Numbered from the stretch's first letter, positions 29,051-40,440 are shown. The stretch: DNA of 64,000 nucleotides from Devosia sp. (GCA_040218355.1 JAVJRP010000014.1:80831-144830), one strand, 5' to 3'. Notes: generated from the letters alone by a model not told the origin. Numbers and translations are program-made.

Positions 29051-30502
29051 TCAAACCCCCGTCGCCGGAATGCCAGTGCGTTCCACCTTGCGGGGGGCGA
29101 CAATGTCCTTCCACTGGCTCAGGGCCCGGTTCACAGGGTTCTTTGCCTCGCGGGCGACGAACTTGCCGTGGCCCGGCTCGGCCTTGACCTCGCTTTCAAC
29201 GATGGAAACCTTGCCGCGGCTCAAAACGAAGCGCGGGAGGCCAGTGACCTCGAAGCCTTCAAAGACATTGTAGTCGATCACCGATTGCTGGTTGCCGGCC
29301 GAAATGGTCTTGCTTCGCTTGGGGTCCCAGACCACGAGATCGGCATCGGCGCCGACCATCACCGCACCCTTTTTGGGGTAGAGGTTGAGGATCTTGGCGA
29401 TATTGGTCGAGGTAACGGCAACGAATTCATTGGGCGTGAGGCGCCCGGTATTGACGCCCTTGGTCCAGAGGACCGGCAGGCGATCTTCGAGGCCGCCCGT
29501 GCCATTGGGGATTTTCGAGAAATTGCCGACGCCGAAACGCTTCTGATCTGTGGTGAAGGCGCAGTGGTCGGTGGCGACGCAGGAGAGCGAGCCCGCCTGC
29601 AGCCCGGCCCAGAGCGAATCCTGATGCTGCTTGTTGCGGAAGGGGGGCGACATGACCCGGCGGGCGGCATGGTCCCAATCGGGGTTGAAATATTCGCTCT
29701 CGTCCAGCGTCAAATGCTGGATCAGCGGCTCGCCATAGACCCGCATGCCCTTTTGCCGGGCGCGACGGATGGCCTCGTGAGCCTGTTCGCAGCTTGTGTG
29801 CACCACATAGAGCGGCACCCCGGCCATGTCGGCCAGCATGATGGCGCGATTGGTGGCTTCGCCTTCGACTTCGGGGGGCCGGGAATAGGCATGGCCTTCG
29901 GGGCCATTATTGCCCTCGGCGAGCAGTTTGGCGGTCATGGCGGCAACGACATCGCCGTTTTCGGCATGGACCAGCGGCAGCGCGCCGAGCGCAGCGCAAC
30001 GCTGGAAACTGGCGAACATCTCGTCGTCGTTGACCATCAACGCGCCCTTATAGGCCATGAAGTGCTTGAACGAGGTGATGCCGCGGTCGACCACCTCGGC
30101 CATTTCATTGAACACCTGCTCGCCCCACCAGGTGATGGCCATGTGGAAGGAATAATCCGTCGAGGCTTTGCCCGACTTGTTGTCCCACATTTTGAGGGCC
30201 TCAAGCAGGCTCTGGTCCGGGTTGGGCAGGCAGAAATCGACCACCATGGTGGTGCCGCCGGCCAGCGCCGCCCGCGTGCCGCTCTCGAAATCATCGGCCG
30301 AATAGGTGCCCATGAAGGGCATTTCGAGATGGGTATGCGGGTCGATGCCGCCGGGCATGATCAGGCAGCCGGTGGCGTCGAGGGTCTCGTCGCCTTTGAG
30401 GTTCTTGCCGATCTCGACAATGGTGTCGCCCTCGATCTTCACATCGGCCTCATAGCTGAGATCGGCTGTGACGATGGTGCCGTTCTTGATGACTGTGCTC
30501 AT
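29051..30502 (-). CDS. hydA: Dihydropyrimidinase
   Basis: PGGIDPHTH, SFKHFMAYKG, VHAENGD, ATDHCAF. Confidence 0.95.
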   Translation of the reverse strand: MSTVIKNGTIVTADLSYEADVKIEGDTIVEIGKNLKGDETLDATGCLIMPGGIDPHTHLEMPFMGTYSADDFESGTRAALAGGTTMVVDFCLPNPDQSLLEALKMWDNKSGKASTDYSFHMAITWWGEQVFNEMAEVVDRGITSFKHFMAYKGALMVNDDEMFASFQRCAALGALPLVHAENGDVVAAMTAKLLAEGNNGPEGHAYSRPPEVEGEATNRAIMLADMAGVPLYVVHTSCEQAHEAIRRARQKGMRVYGEPLIQHLTLDESEYFNPDWDHAARRVMSPPFRNKQHQDSLWAGLQAGSLSCVATDHCAFTTDQKRFGVGNFSKIPNGTGGLEDRLPVLWTKGVNTGRLTPNEFVAVTSTNIAKILNLYPKKGAVMVGADADLVVWDPKRSKTISAGNQQSVIDYNVFEGFEVTGLPRFVLSRGKVSIVESEVKAEPGHGKFVAREAKNPVNRALSQWKDIVAPRKVERTGIPATGV

Positions 30503-30582
30503 AATGCGTTCCCTTGTCTTTTGGTGTCACACCCTGCCTGCGCCTTCTCCTGAGCGCCGTGGCGAGTGTGAAATTCCTGAAA

Positions 30583-31833
30583 CTACTCCACGATCCCCGC
30601 TGTCTCGACCACGGCGTGGAACAGCACGTCGGCTCCTGCGGTCGCCCATTCCTTCGAAATGTCCTCGTCCTCGTTGTGGCTGAGGCCATCGACGCAGGGG
30701 CACATGACCATGGCGGTGGGGTAGAGCCGATTGATCCAGCAGGCGTCGTGCCCGGCGCCCGAGACGATGTTGCGGTGGCTGTAGCCGAGCCGGTCGGCGG
30801 CGTCGCGGACGGCCTTGACGCAGTTTTCGTCGAAGGTGACGGGGTCGAAATGGCCGGTCGGCTCGATGGACAGCCCGAGGCCCAGTTCCTCGGCGATTTT
30901 TGCCGCCTCGGCCTCGATCTGCTCGCGCATCGAGGTGAGCTTGTCCAGTTCTGGCGAGCGGATGTCTATGGTGAACACCGCCTTGCCCGGAATGACATTG
31001 CGCGAATTGGGATAGACATTGGCCTGCCCCACTGCGCCCACGGCATTGGGCTGATGCGCCATGGCGATACGGTGCACTGCCTCGGTCACGCGGGCCATGC
31101 CGAGGCCCGCATTGACGCGCATGTTCATCGGGGTCGAGCCGGTATGGGCGTCCTTGCCGGTCAGCGTCACTTCGAGCCACCACAGGCCCTGGCCGTGGGT
31201 GACGACGCCGATATCCTTGCCCTCGGCCTCAAGGATCGGACCCTGCTCGATGTGCAGCTCGAAAAAGGCGTGCATCTTGCGCGCGCCGACCTGTTCCTCG
31301 CCCTTCCAGCCGATGCGCTCGAGCTCATCGCCGAAACGCAGGCCTTCGGCATCCTTGCGGTCAAAGGCCCAGTCGAGTTCATGCATGCCGGCAAAGACGC
31401 CCGAGGCCAGCATGGCAGGCGCAAAACGGGTGCCCTCCTCATTGGTCCAGTTGGTGACGACAATGGGATGGCGGGTCTTGATACCCAGATCATTGAGCGA
31501 GCGGATGACTTCGAGGCCGCCCAGCACGCCGAGCACCCCATCATATTTGCCGCCGGTGGGCTGGGTATCGAGATGGCTGCCGACATAGACCGGCAGGGCA
31601 TCGGGATCGGTGCCTTCGCGGCGGGCGAACATGGTGCCCATCTGGTCGACGCCCAGGGTCAGCCCGGCCTCGTCGCACCAGCGGGCAAACAGCTCGCGCC
31701 CTTCCTTGTCGGCATCGGTCAGGGTCTGGCGGTTATTGCCGCCGGCCACGCCCGGGCCGATTTTTGCCATCTCCATCAGGCTGTCCCAGAGCCGGTCGCC
31801 ATTGATCCGAAGGTTTTCGCCGGGAGAGGTCAT
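30583..31833 (-). CDS. Zn-dependent N-carbamoyl-beta-alanine amidohydrolase (beta-ureidopropionase, M20)
   Basis: GSHLDTQPTGGKYDG, NEEG.RF, ELHIEQGP, SGAGHDA. Confidence 0.9.
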   Translation of the reverse strand: MTSPGENLRINGDRLWDSLMEMAKIGPGVAGGNNRQTLTDADKEGRELFARWCDEAGLTLGVDQMGTMFARREGTDPDALPVYVGSHLDTQPTGGKYDGVLGVLGGLEVIRSLNDLGIKTRHPIVVTNWTNEEGTRFAPAMLASGVFAGMHELDWAFDRKDAEGLRFGDELERIGWKGEEQVGARKMHAFFELHIEQGPILEAEGKDIGVVTHGQGLWWLEVTLTGKDAHTGSTPMNMRVNAGLGMARVTEAVHRIAMAHQPNAVGAVGQANVYPNSRNVIPGKAVFTIDIRSPELDKLTSMREQIEAEAAKIAEELGLGLSIEPTGHFDPVTFDENCVKAVRDAADRLGYSHRNIVSGAGHDACWINRLYPTAMVMCPCVDGLSHNEDEDISKEWATAGADVLFHAVVETAGIVE

Positions 31834-31838
31834 GATGC

Positions 31839-32438
31839 TTACTCGCTGATAGGGTCGGCGTTGAGCCGATAGCTGCGTTTCTTGGTGGAAGCGGCGCGTG
31901 CGCCGCTGACCCCTCGCCCCTGAGGGGAGAGGGTGGCCGGAGCGAAGCGGAGGTCGGGTGAGGGGTCCATTGCCAGCACACTGGCTATGGCGTCCCGAAC
32001 GGCTCCCGGATGGAGCAGAATGTCCCGGTTCCAGAAGCGAAGTACGGCGTAGCCTTGGGCATTGAGATAGGCCGTGCGCATTTCATCGCGCGCGCTTTCA
32101 GCATGCTGTCCGCCATCGGCTTCGACGATCAGGGCCGTCTCTCGGCAGACAAAGTCGGCGATGTAAGGACCAATACAGAGCTGGCGGACGAACTTGTGGC
32201 CATCCAGCTTACGGCCCCGCAGCAGGCTCCAAAGCTTTGCCTCGGCATCAGTGCTGTTGAGTCGCAGGGCGCGGGCCCGCGATACTGAACCCCTCACCCG
32301 ACGCTTCGCGTCGACCTCTCCCCTCAGGGGAGAGGTGGGGACCGGTGCTCCAGAGGAAGTGCCGGAGCCTTCGCCCCCCCTCCCCTGAGGGGAGAAGGGT
32401 GGAGTGAGAGGTTCAGACTGTCTGTGCCCTCTCACCAT
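31839..32438 (-). CDS. DUF559 (Vsr-like/YcjD) endonuclease-domain protein with repeat-encoded termini
   Basis: RARALR...TDAEAKLW..LR.RKL.G.KF.RQ..IGPYIADF.C....LIVEADGGQH...RD..RTAYL...GY.VLRFWN; true start may be GTG 32297. Confidence 0.85.
   Translation of the reverse strand: MVRGHRQSEPLTPPFSPQGRGGEGSGTSSGAPVPTSPLRGEVDAKRRVRGSVSRARALRLNSTDAEAKLWSLLRGRKLDGHKFVRQLCIGPYIADFVCRETALIVEADGGQHAESARDEMRTAYLNAQGYAVLRFWNRDILLHPGAVRDAIASVLAMDPSPDLRFAPATLSPQGRGVSGARAASTKKRSYRLNADPISE
31911..31966. repeat. Left hairpin arm flanking the DUF559 core
   Basis: CCCTCGCCCC-TGA-GGGGAGAGGG..GCGAAGC..GTCGGGTGAGGGGT; inverted relative to 32289-32335. Confidence 0.85.
32285..32436. repeat. Right hairpin arm (32285-32337) plus an extra left arm (32372-32416) and a truncated partner (32428-32436)
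   Basis: Direct sequence comparison with 27923-28053. Confidence 0.85.
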
Positions 32439-32443
32439 GTTGC

Positions 32444-33940
<1,497 letters not shown>

Positions 33941-34006
33941 CAGGGCTTCCCCTCCAGATTGGGAACGTTCATTCTATATTCTTCTATATAGAATTTTTGT
34001 TCCATT

Positions 34007-35335
34007 CTATTCAAGCGTCTTGAGGATGCCCGACAGGGTCGAGACGATTTCGCCGATCTGGCTCTCCGAGATGATCAGCGGCGGGGAGAGCGCGATGATG
34101 TCACCGGTGGTGCGCACGAGCAGGCCCTGTTCATAGGCCTTGAGGAAGGCCGAGAAGGCGCGCTTGGTGGGCGAACCGGCAATGGGTTCAAGCTCGATGG
34201 CGCCGACCAGGCCGATATTGCGGATATCGATGACGTGCGGCAGGCCCTTGAGGGAGTGCAGTGCATCCTCCCAGACCTTGGCCAGCGCTGCACCGCGCGT
34301 CAGCAGGCCTTCTTCCTTATAGGTGTCGAGCGTGGCCAACGCCGCGGCCGAGGCGACCGGATTGCCCGAATAGGTATAGCCGTGGAAGAACTCGATCAGA
34401 TGTTCGGGGCCCTGCATGAAGGTGTCGTGGATCTCGGCCGAGACCATGACTGCGCCCATCGGGATGACGCCATTGGTCAAGCCCTTGGCGGTGACCATGA
34501 TGTCGGGCGTGACGCCGAAATAGTCGGCCCCGAAGGGGGTGCCCAGGCGCCCATAGCCGGTGATGACCTCGTCAAAGATCAGCAGAATGCCATGCTTTTT
34601 GGTGATCTCGCGGAGGCGCTTGAGATAGCCGGGGGGCGGAATCAGCACGCCGGTGGAGCCGGCTACCGGCTCGACAATGACGGCGGCAATGGTGGAGGCA
34701 TCGTGCAGGGTGACGATGCGTTCGAGCTCGTCGGCGAGATCGGCGCCATGCTCCGGCTCGCCGCGCGAAAAGGCGTTGTTGGCAAGGTTATGGGTATGCG
34801 GCATGTGGTCGACGCCACCAAGCAGCGTGCCGAACATCTTGCGGTTGGTGACGATGCCGCCCACCGAAATACCGCCGAAATTGACGCCGTGATAGGCGCG
34901 TTCGCGCCCGATCAGCCGGGTACGCGACCCTTCGCCTTTTACGCGATGATAGGCCAGCGCGACCTTGAGCGCGGTTTCCACCGATTCGGAGCCCGAATTG
35001 GTGAACAGCACATGATCCAGGCCATCGGGGGCCAGGTCGACCAGGCGATTGGCCAGTTCGAACGCCTTGGGGTGGCCCATCTGGAAGGCGGGGGCATAAT
35101 CGAGCTCGCCGGCCTGCCGGGCAATAGCCTCGACGATTTTCGGGCGCGCATGACCGGCATTGACGCACCACAGGCCCGCCGTACCATCAAGCACCTGGCG
35201 CCCGTCGGAGGTGGTGTAGTGCATGTCCCTGGCGGCCACGAACATGCGTGGTGCCTTCTTGAACTGCCGGTTTGCCGTAAAGGGCATCCAGAACGCGCTG
35301 AGATCGTTTGGCGCAACATTGGACGAAGTGGACAC
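34007..35335 (-). CDS. Class III aminotransferase (beta-alanine--pyruvate type)
   Basis: AFWMPFTANRQF, DGTAGLWC, FDEVITGYGR, TAKGLT; GTG start. Confidence 0.92.
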   Translation of the reverse strand: MSTSSNVAPNDLSAFWMPFTANRQFKKAPRMFVAARDMHYTTSDGRQVLDGTAGLWCVNAGHARPKIVEAIARQAGELDYAPAFQMGHPKAFELANRLVDLAPDGLDHVLFTNSGSESVETALKVALAYHRVKGEGSRTRLIGRERAYHGVNFGGISVGGIVTNRKMFGTLLGGVDHMPHTHNLANNAFSRGEPEHGADLADELERIVTLHDASTIAAVIVEPVAGSTGVLIPPPGYLKRLREITKKHGILLIFDEVITGYGRLGTPFGADYFGVTPDIMVTAKGLTNGVIPMGAVMVSAEIHDTFMQGPEHLIEFFHGYTYSGNPVASAAALATLDTYKEEGLLTRGAALAKVWEDALHSLKGLPHVIDIRNIGLVGAIELEPIAGSPTKRAFSAFLKAYEQGLLVRTTGDIIALSPPLIISESQIGEIVSTLSGILKTLE

Positions 35336-35408
35336 GAACGCTCGCTCCCGTTGAATTTGGCCTGGCCTCGTTTTGGGTCTTGACGCGGCGGTCCGAACCC
35401 CGGAAATT

Positions 35409-35424
35409 TTGACCAGTTGGAAAA
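35409..35424. promoter_or_regulatory. RutR/PydR operator
   Basis: TTGACCAGTTGGAAAA, 12/14 match to TTGACCAnnTGGTCAA, in the divergent promoter region. Confidence 0.75.
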
Positions 35425-35459
35425 ATGTTAGCATCCCTACACATTCCCGCAAGGCGAAA

Positions 35460-36197
35460 ATGTCCGGAAAAAAACTCAAAGCCGTCGAGCACCACCCGGT
35501 CAGCGCCAAGCGCCAGCACAAGGCCGATGCCAAGGCGGCCGCGACCCATCCGCCGCCACGGCAGCGCCCGCTGACCCGCATCCAGAAGGAAAAGCAGAAC
35601 ATCATTCTCGAGGCGGCGCTGGAAGTGTTCTCGGTGCATGGCTTCCGCGGCTCGACCATCGACCAGATCGCGGAAGTGGCCGGGATGAGCAAGCCGAACC
35701 TGCTCTATTATTTCCCGCGCAAGGAAGAGATTCACCGCCGGCTGATCGCCGCGCTGCTCGACACCTGGCTGGCGCCGCTGCGCGACTTTGACGAGCATGG
35801 CGACCCGTTCACCGAAATCCGCTCCTATATAAGGCGCAAGCTGGAAATGGCGCGGGATTTTCCGCGCGAAAGCCGGCTGTTCGCCAATGAAATGCTGCAG
35901 GGCGCGCCGCGCATCAGCGAGATGATCGAGATCGATCTCAAGGCTCTGGTGGATGAAAAGGCCAAGATCTTGTTGACCTGGATGGAGCAGGGACGGCTGG
36001 CCCGCACCGATCCCTATCATTTGATCTTTTCGATCTGGGCGACCACGCAGCATTACGCCGATTTCGACGTGCAGGTGCGGGCCGTTCTGGGCAAGGGCCG
36101 CAATGGTGAAGGGCGTTTCGAGGATGCGGCACGCTATCTCGAACAGCTCTTCATGCACGGTCTGTCGCCCAAGCCGCGCGTGAACGGATCGGCCTAA
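35460..36197 (+). CDS. rutR: RutR/PydR-like TetR regulator of pyrimidine utilisation
   Basis: GMSKPNLLYYF, ESRLFANE, IWATTQHYADF. Confidence 0.88.
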   Translation: MSGKKLKAVEHHPVSAKRQHKADAKAAATHPPPRQRPLTRIQKEKQNIILEAALEVFSVHGFRGSTIDQIAEVAGMSKPNLLYYFPRKEEIHRRLIAALLDTWLAPLRDFDEHGDPFTEIRSYIRRKLEMARDFPRESRLFANEMLQGAPRISEMIEIDLKALVDEKAKILLTWMEQGRLARTDPYHLIFSIWATTQHYADFDVQVRAVLGKGRNGEGRFEDAARYLEQLFMHGLSPKPRVNGSA

Positions 36198-36213
36198 ACG
36201 GCCGCAACGGCAT

Positions 36214-37362
36214 TCAGGCGCTTCTGGCCAGGTGTTCTGGTTTGGGACCATCACCGGCTAGGTCGCCACGCGGCTCGGGCCGGACTTCGCCGGCAAAGCA
36301 GAACGCGCCGCCATCGTGGCGCTTGGCTTCGTAAAGCGCCCTGTCAGCCTGCTTGAGCAAGGCGGTGGCTGGCTGGCCGAGACCATTCTGCACAATGCCC
36401 AGGCTTACACCCACGCTGACATTCCAGCCCACCGAAGCCAGCGGCACGCCAATAGCGGCGATGCAGTCGCGTGCCAGGCGCACAAGATCAGTCCGCTGGT
36501 TGCGATGCACGATGGCAACGAACTCGTCGCCGCCGATCCGGGCCAGAAATTCGCCGGGCAGCAATTGGGCGGTCAGCCGCTGGGCCACCTCGATCAGCGC
36601 CAGGTCGCCGGCATGATGCCCGAACAAATCGTTCACCGGCTTGAACCGGTCGAGATCGAAAGCCAGCACGGAATATGTCCAGTCGCCTGCCGCGAGCCGG
36701 GACAATTCCCCTTCGAGCGCCAGACGATTGGGCAGGCCGGTCAGATGATCACGCAGGGCCTGGCGTTGCGCGGCGATGCGTTGATGTTCGATGCGCCGCA
36801 CATGACCCAGCATGGCCACGAGACAGGCCAGCACGCTACCGATGAGCACCAGCATAAGCGGGACGCGCAGGGGCGCAAAGGTGTTGAACAGGTAGAGCCC
36901 CGGCCGCTCGGCGGTCCAGGTGAGGAAGTGACTGCCCAGCGGGCCGGACAATAGCGGCAGGGATTGCTGAGACTCCCCAATGGCGGCCGCGGGCGACAGC
37001 GCAAGATTGCGCAGGCCGGCCACCTCTCCCAGCCGCTCGATGGCTGGCGTGATCTGATCTTGCGGCAAGGTCACCAGAATATCGGCGATCTGCGCGGCCC
37101 GCGCGCGCTCTTCGGCCATGGAGAGGCTATCGGTGGTCTGCATGACATGCAGGGTCGAGCCGATGAGTACCGCCCCGGCCAGCAGTGCGCCGACAAAAGC
37201 GCCAAACACCAGCCGCCGGATAGGCGCCAGTGCCTTGGCCGGGTCGGAATCCGGCAAAGTCAAGAATTTGTTAATTTTCGCGTCCACCACGCAGACCCTG
37301 CATCCAAGCCCATCCTGACCCGGCAATGGTTGGCAAGTGGTTAGCGCGACATGTCTTTTCAC
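36214..37362 (-). CDS. Membrane-bound GGDEF diguanylate cyclase (true start probably near 37260-37290)
   Basis: DHLTGLPNR, DLDRFKPVND.FGH, ARIGGDEF; two TM segments. Confidence 0.88.
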   Translation of the reverse strand: MKRHVALTTCQPLPGQDGLGCRVCVVDAKINKFLTLPDSDPAKALAPIRRLVFGAFVGALLAGAVLIGSTLHVMQTTDSLSMAEERARAAQIADILVTLPQDQITPAIERLGEVAGLRNLALSPAAAIGESQQSLPLLSGPLGSHFLTWTAERPGLYLFNTFAPLRVPLMLVLIGSVLACLVAMLGHVRRIEHQRIAAQRQALRDHLTGLPNRLALEGELSRLAAGDWTYSVLAFDLDRFKPVNDLFGHHAGDLALIEVAQRLTAQLLPGEFLARIGGDEFVAIVHRNQRTDLVRLARDCIAAIGVPLASVGWNVSVGVSLGIVQNGLGQPATALLKQADRALYEAKRHDGGAFCFAGEVRPEPRGDLAGDGPKPEHLARSA

Positions 37363-37748
37363 ATGTGTGAAGCTTCGGGCCGCACCAGCGCCATCAGGGC
37401 TAGCGGCCGCTGTTCAGGGTCGGCAAAGAACGCCAGCCACTCTTCCGCCCCATCGGCATGGCGGTGCACCACATGCGGCGGCTGAAGGAAGGCGATCCCC
37501 TTGGCCACAAGGTCGGCGTGGGTCGCCCTGATATCGTCGACGCGGAAATAAAGGATCGATTCAGGTCCGGCGTCCGCGCTTTGCTGCAAATAGAGCCTGG
37601 TGCCTCCGGCATCGAAAAACGCCATGCCCTCGGCCTCGATCAGAAGCGGCAGGCCGAGCACGTCGCCGTACCAGGCCTTGGCCGCGGTTATGTCCGTGAC
37701 AGTGCGGGCGATCTGGCCGATGGGGCCCAGAAATGCCGTCTGGGTCAT
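37359..37748 (-). CDS. VOC/glyoxalase family protein
   Basis: GQIARTVTD...WYGDVLGL...WLAFFADPE. Confidence 0.85.
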   Translation of the reverse strand: MTQTAFLGPIGQIARTVTDITAAKAWYGDVLGLPLLIEAEGMAFFDAGGTRLYLQQSADAGPESILYFRVDDIRATHADLVAKGIAFLQPPHVVHRHADGAEEWLAFFADPEQRPLALMALVRPEASHM

Positions 37749-37871
37749 GTCATGCTCCTCCATTTCTGCCACAGTATAGACCGGCTTCGCATTTACGCCG
37801 CAACAAGCCCTGCACACGCCATTAACGCGCGCCGAGCCATGCTCGGCGGCAGGACGCAGAGGGACCTTACC

Positions 37872-39662
37872 ATGCCAGAGCCGAGCACAAGCACACTGGG
37901 CCGCAAGGACTGGTTGTGGCTTGTGGGAATCTGGGTTCTGGTCGCCGCCACCCTATTGTGGCGCAGCGTGAACGGCAGCGCCGGTGTGCCGCTGTTTCTC
38001 GACACCGATGACGCCATGCGCATGGTGGTGGTGCGCGATTTTCTCGACGGACAGGGCTGGTACGATCTGGCCCAGCATCGGCTCAACACGCCGTTCGGCG
38101 CGGAAATCCACTGGTCGCGGCTGGTCGACCTGCCATTGGCCGGACTGGTCTGGCTGGCGCGCCAATTCACAGGCCTGAGACAGGCCGAATGGGTGGCCGG
38201 CATGGTCTGGCCGCTCTTGCTTCTGGGCGTGCTGCTCTGGCTCAGCGCCCGCACGACGCTGGAACTGGTTGGGCGGCCCGGCTTGCTGCCCGGGCTGGTG
38301 CTGCCGATCCTCAGCCCGGCCATTCTCGCCGAATTTTCGCCTGGACGGGTCGACCACCACAACGTGATTATTGTTCTGACCATGGCCACGCTGGTGGCGA
38401 GTCTCTTGGCGCAGCGGCGGTCCGGCGCTGCCTGGATCGCCGGATTATGTGCGGCGCTGGCGCTGTCGATCGCGCTCGAAGCCGTGCCGGTCATGCTGGC
38501 CGCAATCCTGGCCTTTGGACTGAGCTATGTCGCTGACCCGGCCCGCGCCGGCAATCTGATGCGGTTCGGCTTGGGCCTTGGCGGCGGGTTGGTGGGCATG
38601 CTGATGCTGGCCCGGCCGCCCGGCCGTTGGCTGGAGGCGGCCTGCGACATGATCTCGCCGGTTTATGTTCTGGCCGGTGTCTTGGCCGGGCTGGCCTTTG
38701 TGCTGGTGGCGCGCCTGCCCGCGCCGCGCCGGGCCTGGCAGCGGCTGGGGCTGCTGGCCGGGCTCGGGTTTGCCGCAGGCGCTGCGGTCGTCCTGGCCTA
38801 TCCGCAATGCCTGGGCGGGCCCTATGCAGCGCTCGACCCCTGGCTGCGGGACAACTGGATCGGCGCCATTATCGAGGCCAAACCCTGGCATGCCTCGCTG
38901 CCCGAATTGCCGGCCTATGCCATCACCGTGGCTGCGCCGGTCTTTCTGGGGCTGATCGCTGCGGCACTGGCCTTTCGCGCGACACCGGAAAAGCGGCTGG
39001 GCTGGCTGACGCTGCTGGTGTTTCTGGTGCTCACAATGGTGGTCATGCTGGCGCAAATCCGGGGGGCGCGGCTGGCCATCCTGCCCACCATTCCGGCCGC
39101 GGCCTGGCTGATCGCGGTGACGCAGCAGCGCTATCTGGCCCAGCGCAAACTGCTGCCCGGGCTGTCGCTTGCCGGCGCCTGGTTGGTGTTTTCCGGGATG
39201 ATCCTGAGCATGGTGGTGTCCAGCGTGGTCAATCTGCTGCCCGATGGGCGGGCGCAATTGGTCAGTGCAACCCGCGCCAGCAAATTACCCTGCCTTGTCG
39301 GTGACGCCTTTGCCGATCTGCGCGGCTTGCCGCCGGAACGGGTGATGACGCCGATTGATCTGGGCGCGCATCTGCTGCTTGAAACACCGCATGGCGTGGT
39401 CGCTGCGCCCTATCATCGCAACGAAGAGGGCGTGCTGGACGCTTTCCGTTTCTTCAATCAGCCGGTGAGCGAAGCCCGGCAGATCGCCACCAACCGTGGC
39501 CTGGGGCTGCTGGTCACCTGCCCGGCCATGCCCGAAATGCAGGGCACAGGGCTTGGCGAGCCCAACACCGTTTTGAGCCTGCTGGCCGCCGGTACGCCGC
39601 CGGACTGGCTGGAGGACGTCTCGCTTGATGGGCCGCTCAAGATCTATGCAATCCTGCCCTAA
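37872..39662 (+). CDS. Polytopic membrane protein, putative GT-C glycosyltransferase
   Basis: DTDDAMR after TM1, HWSRLVD, GRVDHH, many TMs, periplasmic C-terminus with APYHRN. Confidence 0.65.
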   Translation: MPEPSTSTLGRKDWLWLVGIWVLVAATLLWRSVNGSAGVPLFLDTDDAMRMVVVRDFLDGQGWYDLAQHRLNTPFGAEIHWSRLVDLPLAGLVWLARQFTGLRQAEWVAGMVWPLLLLGVLLWLSARTTLELVGRPGLLPGLVLPILSPAILAEFSPGRVDHHNVIIVLTMATLVASLLAQRRSGAAWIAGLCAALALSIALEAVPVMLAAILAFGLSYVADPARAGNLMRFGLGLGGGLVGMLMLARPPGRWLEAACDMISPVYVLAGVLAGLAFVLVARLPAPRRAWQRLGLLAGLGFAAGAAVVLAYPQCLGGPYAALDPWLRDNWIGAIIEAKPWHASLPELPAYAITVAAPVFLGLIAAALAFRATPEKRLGWLTLLVFLVLTMVVMLAQIRGARLAILPTIPAAAWLIAVTQQRYLAQRKLLPGLSLAGAWLVFSGMILSMVVSSVVNLLPDGRAQLVSATRASKLPCLVGDAFADLRGLPPERVMTPIDLGAHLLLETPHGVVAAPYHRNEEGVLDAFRFFNQPVSEARQIATNRGLGLLVTCPAMPEMQGTGLGEPNTVLSLLAAGTPPDWLEDVSLDGPLKIYAILP

Positions 39663-39670
39663 CAGGCACC

Positions 39671-39700
39671 AAAAAGGCGCCCCGGCAAGCCGGGACGCCC
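39671..39700 (-). terminator. Intrinsic terminator after msrA
   Basis: GGCG-CCCGG hairpin followed by TTTTT on minus strand. Confidence 0.6.
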
Positions 39701-39728
39701 TGTGATAGATCGTGATCGCGGCAACGTG

Positions 39729-40385
39729 CTATTCGGCGGCCACGCCTGTGCCGATGGGGCAGCTCACGCCGGTCCCTGCCAGGCCGCAATAGCCATTGGG
39801 GTTCTTGGCCAGATATTGCTGGTGATAGGTCTCGGCAAAATAGAACGGCCCGGCCGGGGCGATTTCGGTGGTGATCTTTCCGAGTCCACGGGCGTCGAGC
39901 GCCCGCTGATAGGCGGCGCAGCTGTTCGCCACGATGTCCGCCTGTTTGGGCGTAGTTGTGTAGATGGCCGAGCGATATTGGGTGCCCACATCATTGCCCT
40001 GGCGCATGCCCTGGGTCGGGTCATGCTCTTCCCAGAAGCTTTTGAGCAGGGTGTCGAGGCTGATCGCAGTCGGGTCAAAGACCACCTTGACCGCCTCGGT
40101 ATGGCCGGTGCGGCCCGAGCAGACCTCTTCATAGCTCGGATTGGGTGTATGCCCGCCCTGATAGCCCACGGCGGTGACATGGACGCCGGCCAGTTTCCAG
40201 AACAGGCGCTCGGCGCCCCAGAAACAACCAAGGCCAAAATAGATGGTTTCAGCCCCGGCCGGATAAGGCCCCTCGAGCGCCTGGCCATTGACGAAATGGT
40301 CCTGTGTTATGGGCATCACCTCGTCGCGGCCCGGGAGAGCCTCGGCGGGTGTGGGGATCGTGGTCGGCTTTTGACGGAAGAACAT
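39729..40385 (-). CDS. msrA: Peptide-methionine (S)-S-oxide reductase
   Basis: [38 protein letters not shown]. Confidence 0.96.
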   Translation of the reverse strand: MFFRQKPTTIPTPAEALPGRDEVMPITQDHFVNGQALEGPYPAGAETIYFGLGCFWGAERLFWKLAGVHVTAVGYQGGHTPNPSYEEVCSGRTGHTEAVKVVFDPTAISLDTLLKSFWEEHDPTQGMRQGNDVGTQYRSAIYTTTPKQADIVANSCAAYQRALDARGLGKITTEIAPAGPFYFAETYHQQYLAKNPNGYCGLAGTGVSCPIGTGVAAE

Positions 40386-40440
40386 CAGTTGCTCCTTTCA
40401 GCCCTCTATTCGGTGGCGACCGCAAAACGGTTACGCCGGA

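Noticed and set aside
27923-32436. Palindromic repeats as a CRISPR array or simple terminators
   Set aside because: No regular repeat-spacer periodicity or cas genes; hairpins lack U-tracts and lie inside a co-directional operon.
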